IMG/VR virus record: IMGVR_UViG_3300012166_000001
Location: 1 to 52,213 of that record
Strand: one strand, 5' to 3'
Length of the DNA: 52,213 nucleotides
Source: a virus
Lineage: Duplodnaviria > Caudoviricetes
Of this stretch, positions 38,007 to 46,589 are shown piece by piece (within the stretch, counting starts at the first letter, position 1; every line of letters starts with the position of its first letter). The notes below the pieces were generated by a model that was not told the origin of the DNA, ran no database searches, and saw nothing but the letters and a program-made list of their open reading frames with translations. The translations under genes were made by a program, and so were the position numbers.

Positions 38007-38225
38007 TTACTCCCCCGGAACGATGGTAACTGTCAGCACGTCCGGGGTGTTAATTGTCTCCAGGTGTTCCTTTGCCATGTAGAGGTATCCGATTACGGGA
38101 TCGTCTTCGGTTCGCTCTTGGTAGCGAAAGGTGTTCTTAGTCTCCCGCTCAATATCGAACGCCAACTTGAATCCTACGGGCTGCCCATCTCTCTTGGCCG
38201 TTCTCTTCTGTTTAGCTTGTGCCAT
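38007..38225 (-). CDS. small beta-rich hypothetical protein
   Basis: AAGGAG before MAQAK; ERETKNTFRY...IG.LY..K motif. Confidence 0.5.
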   Translation of the reverse strand: MAQAKQKRTAKRDGQPVGFKLAFDIERETKNTFRYQERTEDDPVIGYLYMAKEHLETINTPDVLTVTIVPGE

Positions 38226-38235
38226 GTTGTCTCCT

Positions 38236-38670
38236 TTAGATGTGAACTTGTTTGGCATAATGCTCCGCTACGTGGCACCCCCGACACAACCACACAACCT
38301 CCAACGGCTTTGAATAATCCGTATGGTGTCCGTGCAGCAGAGCCTTTATCGTAGGCTCCCCGCAACACTCACATGCGCTCGGCTTGGTAACACGCCCTTC
38401 ATACACAGCCGTACTGAGAATCTGCCGGGCACGTTCTTTCTCGGGGTACCGTTTGCGGGATTGAGCCGTGTTAACTGCAACACGTTCGGGGTTCTGTTGC
38501 TTCCAATGCTTACTTAACTGCTTGACTCTGACGCGGTTCTTTCTGTACCAAATCTTATCCCGTTCCTTGGCGCATCTCTTGCAGTAACCGCGCCGCCCAT
38601 CCGGTCGGCGGGCATCCCTGTGGAACTGGTCAAGTCTCTTGCTTCGGCGGCAGTGGCTACACGTCTTCAT
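38236..38670 (-). CDS. HNH-like endonuclease with N-terminal zinc finger
   Basis: KTC..C...F...DG...YCK.C; C..CG...HGHH.DY.KPL.V.WLC..CH...H. Confidence 0.75.
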   Translation of the reverse strand: MKTCSHCRRSKRLDQFHRDARRPDGRRGYCKRCAKERDKIWYRKNRVRVKQLSKHWKQQNPERVAVNTAQSRKRYPEKERARQILSTAVYEGRVTKPSACECCGEPTIKALLHGHHTDYSKPLEVVWLCRGCHVAEHYAKQVHI

Positions 38671-38683
38671 AAGCGCGACCGGC

Positions 38684-38788
38684 ATCGTAGCAGCTTGGCC
38701 CTATAGCTGCAACGTAATAGCTCAGCTACTCAGTTTTGGGGATGGGGCGATTATCTTAACAAACGGGCGCCCCCGAACCTGCTACGTT
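38684..38788. promoter_or_regulatory. divergent extended -10 promoters
   Basis: TGCTACGAT on - strand (38684-38692) and TGCTACGTT on + strand (38780-38788) in the gap between divergent operons. Confidence 0.65.
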
Positions 38789-39383
38789 AGGTAAGAGCTT
38801 AAGTAACCCGACGAGAGGAAAGCTAATGCCGAATGACTATCTCATCTACTGGCAACAGGACTCAGGCGCCACAGGTAAGACGGTAGTGTCCGGCTCGGAC
38901 AAGATGGATGCTATTACCCGCTTTAGTTCTGCCAACCCCCGGCGGCAATGGTACAGGTGCCGCTTTATCGGAGTCAAGGGAGAATACTAATGCCAGCACC
39001 TAGCACCATAGTTAACTTCAAGGATATTGACGGCGATATTTTCCCTATCAGGATTTTTCAAAAGTACGAGCCCTCATTCCATAATGAGTTCATTGCATCC
39101 GCACTCAGGCGGTACCGGATCTATCAAGAGGCGGGGCACATGACAGCACGCGAGCCCCTAACTTTTTACTCCATAGAGGAGTTGAATTCATAATGCTCAA
39201 GCCAAACGTACAAGTCACATTAAAGCCGAAGTGGCCTGCCGGTTGGAACTACAAGATCAAGTACCCCGGACGGTTCGGCGGCGGCGCGAAGGTAGGCGTT
39301 GCGGTCAGTAGGCCAGACGCTATCGCCCGCGTCAACTCATTCCTAGCTAAGAAGGATCTAGGAACCTACGTAGAGGGGACAAC

Positions 39384-39758
39384 GTGACTCCGAAGAAAGT
39401 TACTCATATTGCCCACACCCGCTCAAGGGGCAAGGTTGAATTCCAAGCGGTCCCTGGCGCTGAGGCTAGGCGGATCGCCAACGGTGATTTCCACACGGGC
39501 TCATTCTGGGTGAAGTGCCCTACGGACGGATGCCAGGGCGCGGCGTCGCAACAATGGGATGGGCTGTGCGAGGACTGTGGGTTTGAGACTTCATCGGCTA
39601 TGTATGGAGTTGCATCCATAGCAAGGCGCGCTGATATTTCAATGGAGGCCGTCCGTCACTTCTTAACGGTTAGAGGCATAGGTCAGCGTGAAGGCAGGTT
39701 TACCTTTACTAGTGATGAAGCCCTAAAAATTACGAAAGCACTTGAAAGGGGTAGGTAA
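39384..39758 (+). CDS. zinc-finger plus C-terminal HTH-like protein
   Basis: CP..GC...C..C; C-terminus similar to that of 40595-41188. Confidence 0.5.
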   Translation: MTPKKVTHIAHTRSRGKVEFQAVPGAEARRIANGDFHTGSFWVKCPTDGCQGAASQQWDGLCEDCGFETSSAMYGVASIARRADISMEAVRHFLTVRGIGQREGRFTFTSDEALKITKALERGR

Positions 39759-40594
39759 CTAATGGCATTCAAAGTCGAGAAGACCAGTCCCTATAGCCCC
39801 GACGACCGGCACGATGAGTACTTCGACTGCCGCACAGTAGAGGAAGCGGCCGAGAGGGTCGAAGATCTCACCCCCCTCTACTTCAACGAGATCGTTGGGG
39901 AATTGAAGTCGGAAGGTCAGATCGGTTATGAAGATCCAGACGGTGGCTATTCCGTTCTGGCGTGGGAATACCACGTAGATAAGGAGACATTATGATCGCT
40001 GAAGGTACAAAAGTAAGGTTTACACGCGGCCCCCTAGGTGCGCTGGATGAGTACGTTGAGGATCGGAGTTTCAGCGACGCACTGTTCCATGAGGGAGACA
40101 CAGGGCGGTATCAAGGCATCCACCCTGAGCTATCGGAGTGGCATTTGATTGAGGCAAAGCTTAAAAGTGTGTCCTACATCGTCCCCTGTCACCGCTCCAT
40201 GTTCGAGGTAGTCGCTAATGACTAACACGGTTCTAGTCAAGTGTGGATCACATCGAGCCCGCAACAAGCTAACCGCGTTGGTTGGTAGAGAGAGCATGAT
40301 CGCTCTGTTCTCTCTATACCGCGATGTGGGTACCGGCGGCGCCTTCCGCATCCCTGCGAGATACGAGAGAGAGGCGAAGGCAATAACCGGCGTTAGCGGG
40401 ATGCGCGACGGTGAGGATCTACATAAGTGCTGGCAAACGACAGAGAAAGGGTAACTAATGAAGATCCTCCTACACCCACGCGCACAAAAGCACCCTTGGA
40501 AGCGCCCCCGGTTTCATTACTTCAAGACAACCCACGGCAGGTACTACCGCGCATGGCGGGTGCAGTTAATCTTGAGCCCACGAAAGGATAGCTA

Positions 40595-41188
40595 ATGACT
40601 ACTGACCTACACGAAACCAAGCTAACGCACATTGAAGGTGTTTTCTCTACGAACACACCGATCTACGTAGTGTCGAGCAAGAGAGGTACCATTGTTGCGA
40701 CCTCTCCGGCGCTACAGCAGAAGCGGAGAGACCTATACGAAAAGGTACGTGAAGCTAACCTGCAACCGGATCAAGCTGCGCGGGTCAGAAGTGCCAAGCT
40801 AACCATTAAGCGCATCCGCCCTAGCCAGCTTTCACAAGAGCAACGCGAGGGACTGTGCCCGCCGGGCCTAGTAGGTGAAGCTCGGCGCCTGTTCATTGAG
40901 GAGGGCATGACCCTTAACGATCAGCAGGTACAAGCACAGATGCACTCGACGCTCCGCAAGATCGAGACGCGGCAAGCGGCGCAGGCGCAAGAGCCTGTGG
41001 ATGAGGACGCCCCTCGCTTCGGCGTAAGGCATCTAGTTAAGGCAACCAAACTAAGCCCCCGCGTGATCCGACAATTCCTTAGAGACAAGGGCATCGGCAG
41101 ACGCGACGGGAATTACCTGTTCACTAAAGCTGAGGCCGAAAAGATTGGCCGCGCAATCAATAAGTATTACGAAAGTGAGGTAACATGA
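40595..41188 (+). CDS. hypothetical protein with C-terminal HTH-like domain
   Basis: FGV..L.....LSP..IR.FLR..GIG motif shared with 39384-39758. Confidence 0.5.
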   Translation: MTTDLHETKLTHIEGVFSTNTPIYVVSSKRGTIVATSPALQQKRRDLYEKVREANLQPDQAARVRSAKLTIKRIRPSQLSQEQREGLCPPGLVGEARRLFIEEGMTLNDQQVQAQMHSTLRKIETRQAAQAQEPVDEDAPRFGVRHLVKATKLSPRVIRQFLRDKGIGRRDGNYLFTKAEAEKIGRAINKYYESEVT

Positions 41189-42614
41189 AACACCGTATAT
41201 TAGAAGAGGCACTTACCGATGCCTGGCTGGCCGGATACCGGGCTAGCGGGGAAGGTAATAACGGTGAGTACCCTTACGAGGGCAACGTTAAAGAGATCCG
41301 AACGGTTCTCGGTAAGGAGGCTCGCGCATGGGCAGTCCGAAAGACACGAAGGCTAATATGACTAAGGAAACCAAAACCGCAAACCGTAGGCGGCGTAAGG
41401 TAATGGAGGATCTGGAGCGTAAGGGTGTGTACGTTGTCAGCGCCCCCGTAATGGCTCTACTGCTCGACCAGTTCGAACGTGTGTCATTCCCCCTTACAGA
41501 TAAGGAAAAGCGACTGGTTCACAGGGCGTTCCCGAAAACCAAAAAAGCGCGGCTCCAGAGAGTCCGTGTGTCTTACGAGTATGAGCAGACAGGGAGGCGT
41601 TAATGGCTATCTATCACATGTCCTACGTAGCGTGCGATAACTGTGGAGATCCCGCAGAGTGCGCCGACTCGGCAGCGGAAGCTCGCGCAGCCGCTCGAAG
41701 GGTTGGCTTCGTGCGGGTTGGCAGGCAAGACTTGTGTACACGATGCAAACCCCCAAAACCAAGAGGAGAGATAACTAATGTGGGAAGCACTCTACACACA
41801 CAAGAAACATCATCCAGTAGTGGTGCGCTCAGAAGGTAAACCCAACAAACATCGTCGGTTCCAAGTGCCCGGCGGTGACGAGGTTAGTTTCACTGCGAAG
41901 ATCGTTCGCAGACTCAGAGTAAAGGTGGCCTTGGTCGAATGCAACGGCCACCGTCCCGACCTTGAGGAGGCTGGCCCAGAAGATCCGATCACCGCCCTGG
42001 AGTTTGAACTGGCAACTACGGAGGTTGAACTATAATGAACGTTGTCAAAATAATGAAGCGAGAGAATATCTGGCCTGAGGATAAGGTACGGGTGAGAGGC
42101 ACGTCCCTAATCAGGCTCAATGGTGAGGAGGTACGAACGGTTGTCTACACCGTCGAGACGAAGCCAGAGTACTCAAACCACAACTATAGACCCTTAGAGT
42201 CAACACGGGTTGCGACGTACCGGGGCCAAACCTGCCTGCATTCTATAGTTGTTCACACAAGGTGGGTTAACGATGAGTAGGGCACGATTAGAAAATATGG
42301 CGATAGGTAGTGTGCTTATCTTCCTCGCGATCCCTGTAGCTACGAGTATCCTAATAAGTAACATTTGGATTAGTCTTGTAGTAACTGTGATTATGTGGAA
42401 CTTCTGGTGGCTCGGCTGGCTAGAGCTAACCCGCCTATCCGCCAGACTCGCAAGAGAGGAAGCGGCCCGAATTAGGGATGAGGACGTATCAGTCCTGCTT
42501 CTTAGCCCCAGAGGGGAGTTCATTGTGCTGTCGCCTGACGACCGCATGGGACCGTGGCTGAAGAGAGGCTACCGCAAGGTGAAGCTTTACTGAGATCTGC
42601 TACGGTGCCGCGCA

Positions 42615-43160
42615 ATGCGCTTGTTTGCGCTCATAGTGACGGCACTTACTCTCTCGATAGGAAGTGCTGAGGGAGAGCCGTCCACCCAAAATAGCAATAC
42701 CGATCAATGTAGTTACGCCACCGCCTCACAATTTCGGAAGGTGGCTAAGCAGGTCTACCAACCTTGGTACCAACCAAGGGGCAAGAGATCGCGGCTTTTG
42801 AAGTTGAAGGGTTGCGCCCAAAACACCCTAACCCTTAAGCAGATGAGGGAGATTCAGGCGCACCTGTCGCGTGGTCGCTTCGCCAGCATTAGTTACTACC
42901 GTGCTCTAACTCCATACACAGGGGGAGGGGCGCGTTGGGCGATCCCTTATCCTATTGTCTACTGCGAGTCCGGCACGTCCGGTTTGTGGAAGGCAGCTAA
43001 CCCATCGGGGGCACAGGGTCCGTACCAGTTGTTAGGGCACGGGCAACCGTGGCCGGTCGATTCAATGGCAGACAAAATGGAGCACCATGAAATAGCGCGC
43101 GGGTTCTATGTCGATCTGGGCACAGGCCCGTGGGTTGCGTCTATCGCCTGTTGGGGGTAG
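42615..43160 (+). CDS. secreted Rpf/transglycosylase-like protein
   Basis: Signal peptide MRLFALIVTALTLSIGSAEG; AIP..IV.CESG...A.NPSGA.G.YQL...G..PW; own TGCTACGGT promoter at 42598-42606. Confidence 0.75.
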   Translation: MRLFALIVTALTLSIGSAEGEPSTQNSNTDQCSYATASQFRKVAKQVYQPWYQPRGKRSRLLKLKGCAQNTLTLKQMREIQAHLSRGRFASISYYRALTPYTGGGARWAIPYPIVYCESGTSGLWKAANPSGAQGPYQLLGHGQPWPVDSMADKMEHHEIARGFYVDLGTGPWVASIACWG

Positions 43161-43207
43161 CGCCGTTTGGTAAGATCCCCTACGGGGTTTGTGTAGGGTC
43201 GAACGGG

Positions 43208-43243
43208 AGTAGAGGGGCCATCCGAGAGGGTGGCCCTTCTGCT
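43208..43243 (+). terminator. 16-bp hairpin with GAGA tetraloop
   Basis: AGTAGAGGGGCCATCC-GAGA-GGGTGGCCCTTCTGCT. Confidence 0.65.
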
Positions 43244-43270
43244 GCCTGCAAGTCTGCGGGAAACTACTGC

Positions 43271-43299
43271 TTGCACTTTTGACAGGGTTATGCTACGCT
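43271..43299 (+). promoter_or_regulatory. sigma70-type promoter
   Basis: TTGCAC - 17 bp - TACGCT with TG extension. Confidence 0.7.
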
Positions 43300-43304
43300 G
43301 TTCT

Positions 43305-43835
43305 TACTCCCCAAGAAAGACAGAGCCGGATCGGGCGGCTCAGACAAAAGCCCCGAAAGGCGAAAGTCTAGGAGAGAGACGGAGCGCCGGAACGAAGGAC
43401 AAGGAAGATTGAGAGCCCTACCGCCGGTCAACCCAGAGCCTTTATTGAGGAGAGCATAAGGCTCCCCATCCCCAAAGCAAAGCAGGTTAGTGAATCTCCA
43501 ACTTGGCGGGTTCTAGTGGATACCGGCAAGGCTTCGGCCTTGAGTTACCCGTCGCCCGGACTTCGCAGACTAGCGGCTGCACGGGCGCTCTTGTCAAGCG
43601 TTCGTCTCCATGACACTCCCTGCCCTTGCTTCCACCCCGCGCCCGACAACGCGGGAGCACCCTTAAGGGTTCGCTGGCAAAGCTGGTACTCCAGCCAGTG
43701 CGCGATGAGGCGGGTTCGATTCCCGCCTAGCCCTCTCCCCCGATTGAATCCGTAATGAGTCCCTACGGCAACGGCAGAATCGGCAACGGTTCGCATCCGT
43801 AATGAGTCCTAGTGGCAACGGTATATCGGGGGGTT
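43305..43835 (+). ncRNA. large structured non-coding RNA of unknown class with a tRNA-like domain
   Basis: ~550-bp gap without a credible ORF, after a promoter; many helices, long-range pairings, cUUCGg loop, T-arm GCGGG-TTCGATT-CCCGC. Confidence 0.6.
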
Positions 43836-44233
43836 AACTTCAAAAGAAGGGAGCTAACTAGTGAACTATTATGTCCAAAGGATTCACAAGGGACGGCACT
43901 CCAGCTTTGGCTACGTCAACGGCGCAGATGACTTGCTCCGCTTGGCAAACATTGGGGCGCAAGCTTCGGAGAGTATCCGCGAAGCATTCGACCAAGCCAG
44001 TGCAGAAGGCGAGCCAGTCCGCGTTGCTTATGCTGACGGGTTATCCTTTGAAATTGAATCACTCCGAGAAAGGGAAGGTAACTAATGACTACACGTTCAC
44101 TGTCCAAAAGGGAACTCGTAAGCTGTCTGCTCAGGTTCAACCCATTCGGCGGGTACCACGAAGGAATGAGACGAGAGCTTCTAGAGCAGACTCTGATCAG
44201 GTACCGTCAAGCATGTGGTAGAAAGGAACACTA

Positions 44234-44545
44234 ATGCAACGTCAACACGTCACAGTAAGAGTTGATCGCAGATTCAATCAGAGCGCCTATTTGGTTGCGG
44301 GTTATGACTGCACCGTCGCCGGTCTGCCGATGGTCGTCCATCGCTCCATCGAAAGAGAGAGCCCGCACGGCTCGCCAGTCCTTAGTAAGGACACTTGGAC
44401 GGTAACAGAGCCACGCTCGGGAATGTGCATAGGCCACAGGATCGAGCCGACCCGTGAGCGGGCAATCGCACACGCGGAGCATGTGGTCACGATGAAGGGC
44501 GGCGCTTGTGCGGTCGAGCAGGCTATAGCTAGGGTTACAGCATGA
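44234..44545 (+). CDS. hypothetical protein (paralogue of 46251-46589)
   Basis: GY.C.VAGLPMVVH...W.VTEPR.G. Confidence 0.6.
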   Translation: MQRQHVTVRVDRRFNQSAYLVAGYDCTVAGLPMVVHRSIERESPHGSPVLSKDTWTVTEPRSGMCIGHRIEPTRERAIAHAEHVVTMKGGACAVEQAIARVTA

Positions 44546-44754
44546 CAACCAGAGTAGAAGTGTACGTTCTGTTCCGCGAGATCCCCGCAGTGTTGGGTGT
44601 GTCCCGCGCTCGGGTCTACCAGTTACTTAAGCACCCTAGCTTCCCTGCGCCCGAAACTTGGTCGCTTAATGGTGTTCCCCTTTGGAGGTTGTCTGCACTT
44701 AAGGTGTGGGACAAGACCAGGAACCGAAAGGGCGGGCGCCCCCGTTCTAGATAG
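44542..44754 (+). CDS. AlpA/excisionase-like HTH protein
   Basis: EI..VLGVSR.RVYQL.....FP.P......PLW....L..W. Confidence 0.75.
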   Translation: MTTRVEVYVLFREIPAVLGVSRARVYQLLKHPSFPAPETWSLNGVPLWRLSALKVWDKTRNRKGGRPRSR

Positions 44755-44827
44755 TACCCCCGGCAGGACTTGAACCTGCAACCTCCCGCTTGTAGAACGG
44801 GCGCTCTCCCGATTGAGCTACGGGGGT
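44755..44827 (-). tRNA. tRNA-Val(UAC) with C33 and no encoded CCA
   Basis: Cloverleaf ACCCCCG/CGGGGGT, GCTC/GAGC, CCCGT-TCTACAA-GCGGG, GCAGG-TTCAAGT-CCTGC, discriminator A. Confidence 0.85.
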
Positions 44828-44835
44828 TAGCCGGA

Positions 44836-45390
44836 CTAAATATCCAGCATTTCGATGGCGTCGGCCACGTCATCCTTCGGCTTGGCCTTACGGGTCCGTC
44901 TGGCCTTGCCTCTCTTGGCGGTCGCCTTCGCCTTGCCGCGCTTGGCGCCCTTGCGCTTCTGGCCTCCCGTTGACGACACCTTGCCGACAACTAGCTTGCC
45001 GTCTACGCGCTGAGCAACGCCAGCCTTTTTCAGGTTGGACAGCAGGACGGCAGCGGACGATGCACCGATCCCCAACGCCTCGGCAATGTCGGCGTTGGAT
45101 GCCTCTGGGTTCGCCGCCGCCAACAGCGCAAGCGCCTTAACCTGATCGGCTCGCTTGCCGCGTGTCCGCTTGCCCTTACCGCGACCGCGCGGCTTGGGGG
45201 CGGGCTCGACGGCCTCGGCACCTGGGCCTTCGATTGGCTCTGAGCGCCGCCTACGCCGCCGTGTGGGGGCTGCACTGGCACCGTTGGCGCCTAGTGCTTC
45301 GAGGGCGCCGGACAGGCTCTCGACCTCTCCCGCTACCTCGTCTAGCCGGGACTGGATTAGCTCCCGTGCCCTAGTGATTGTCTCGGACAT
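44836..45390 (-). CDS. coiled-coil + basic linker + winged-helix DNA-binding protein
   Basis: N-terminal coiled coil, R/K-rich linker, NP.AS.ADIAEALGI...LL..L...G wHTH; promoter TGCTACGAT at 45426-45434 (-). Confidence 0.7.
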   Translation of the reverse strand: MSETITRARELIQSRLDEVAGEVESLSGALEALGANGASAAPTRRRRRRSEPIEGPGAEAVEPAPKPRGRGKGKRTRGKRADQVKALALLAAANPEASNADIAEALGIGASSAAVLLSNLKKAGVAQRVDGKLVVGKVSSTGGQKRKGAKRGKAKATAKRGKARRTRKAKPKDDVADAIEMLDI

Positions 45391-45446
45391 TCTGGGTTCC
45401 CTCCTTAGGGGTTAACATGGCGGTCATCGTAGCACAAAGCTATTAG

Positions 45447-45830
45447 CTAGGGGGCGATGGCATACTCATCCGCTGGCCGGTATTCAATCTGGCGGGTTTG
45501 GGGGTAGGCAATAACCACTCCGCTATACCCGGCGGCTGCCACATCCTCCCTAGCGCGCTCCACTAGGCTAGGGGTGATTCGCTCGCCCGCGTACCTTGCC
45601 AAGATGGCCCGGACTGGTTCCTTGTAGTCGATCTTAGGTGCCCTCACTGCTCTAGCGGGGATTCCTTCTAGCTTTGTCGGGTCGCCAAGCTCCCCCTGGA
45701 AGTAGAGGGCAAGGGTCGCATGAGCCTGTGCCTTAACCGCGTGTACGTTCTGACTAACCGACCTATTTAATAGCCACCGGGCTTCGCTGGCATGGTAATC
45801 GGCTTTTTGTTGGTTGGTTGGGTTCCTCAT
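45447..45830 (-). CDS. hypothetical protein
   Basis: ORF with AAGGAG RBS in - operon. Confidence 0.5.
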   Translation of the reverse strand: MRNPTNQQKADYHASEARWLLNRSVSQNVHAVKAQAHATLALYFQGELGDPTKLEGIPARAVRAPKIDYKEPVRAILARYAGERITPSLVERAREDVAAAGYSGVVIAYPQTRQIEYRPADEYAIAP

Positions 45831-46042
45831 TATGTGTCTCCTTTCGCTAACTCCTTAACTCGTCTCGTTAGCTCCCTTACGTCGCGCTTTGTTGCCGCTA
45901 GATCTCTAGCTAACTTATCGTCAGTCTCCCGAAGAGAGCCAACTAACGCAGAGATACGGTGGTCAACCGCCGCTAATTTCTGCGCCGTACTCTTAGCTAT
46001 CCTCATCTCAATACCCTCTATCTGTGTTGAAGTATGTCTGTG

Positions 46043-46258
46043 TCAATCGGTTCCGCCGTAATACTCCTCGTCGTGTCCGTTGTCGGTACCGCTGTCGGCC
46101 CACGAAACAACCCCACACGCTAAGATAGCGACGTAAGACAGGCCAAGAGGCCAAGCCACCCAACCTGGCCACCCGAACCAGTCAGCGATAGTACTAGCCG
46201 AAAACACGCACAGTCCTGCGATGATTAACCAAATCACGAAGTAGAAAAGCTTATCCAT
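46043..46258 (-). CDS. small 2-TM membrane protein
   Basis: Two hydrophobic segments, acidic C-terminus. Confidence 0.55.
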   Translation of the reverse strand: MDKLFYFVIWLIIAGLCVFSASTIADWFGWPGWVAWPLGLSYVAILACGVVSWADSGTDNGHDEEYYGGTD

Positions 46259-46589
46259 CTTGTCTCCTTAGTTTCCGCTTAATGAGTATCTGCTTGACTT
46301 CTTTCTCTAAGGCCGGGACTCCGCCATTCCTCTTAAGGCATCCTTCCGCCATCGAAATTGCATCTTGACGGGTAGCACATCTATAAGAGAGCTTTAGGCC
46401 GCAACGGGGTTCTGTTACTGACCATCCTCTAGCGGCCAGGGCAGGTAGGTCATCGGCGCCGATAATAATATCCTTATGGACAACCATCGGCAGGCCCGCT
46501 ACCCGACAGGCATAACCTCTCTTCACCCTACAAACGTCGATTTTGAATTTGCGCGGGTTCAGGTAGACAACTACGGATGTGTGTTTCAT
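46251..46589 (-). CDS. hypothetical protein (paralogue of 44234-44545)
   Basis: GY.C.VAGLPMVVH...W.VTEPR.G. Confidence 0.6.
   Translation of the reverse strand: MKHTSVVVYLNPRKFKIDVCRVKRGYACRVAGLPMVVHKDIIIGADDLPALAARGWSVTEPRCGLKLSYRCATRQDAISMAEGCLKRNGGVPALEKEVKQILIKRKLRRQDG

Larger units (their letters stand above)
38826..42593 (+). other. cluster of about 14 small, tightly coupled early genes of unknown function
   Basis: Successive TAATG/ATGA-coupled ORFs, including untracked 38826-38990 and others starting near 40458 and 41185. Confidence 0.6.

Noticed and set aside
43305-43740. RNase P RNA, tmRNA or group I intron identity for the large RNA
   Set aside because: Only fragments match (GAAAGTC, CAGACTA, a T-arm). 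There is no RNase P P4 3' strand, no tmRNA 5' end pairing with the 3' end or tag ORF, and no group I P7 partner or host gene.
43748-43821. CRISPR mini-array, TIGR array or hammerhead/HDV ribozyme
   Set aside because: Only two units with a 20-nt gap; no Cas or Nop-domain effector gene; no CUGAUGA/GAAA core or HDV pseudoknot could be built.
44755-44827. Amber suppressor tRNA or TAG recoding of the genome
   Set aside because: Standard 7-nt loop geometry gives UAC, and core genes are intact in code 11 with TAG used as a normal stop.
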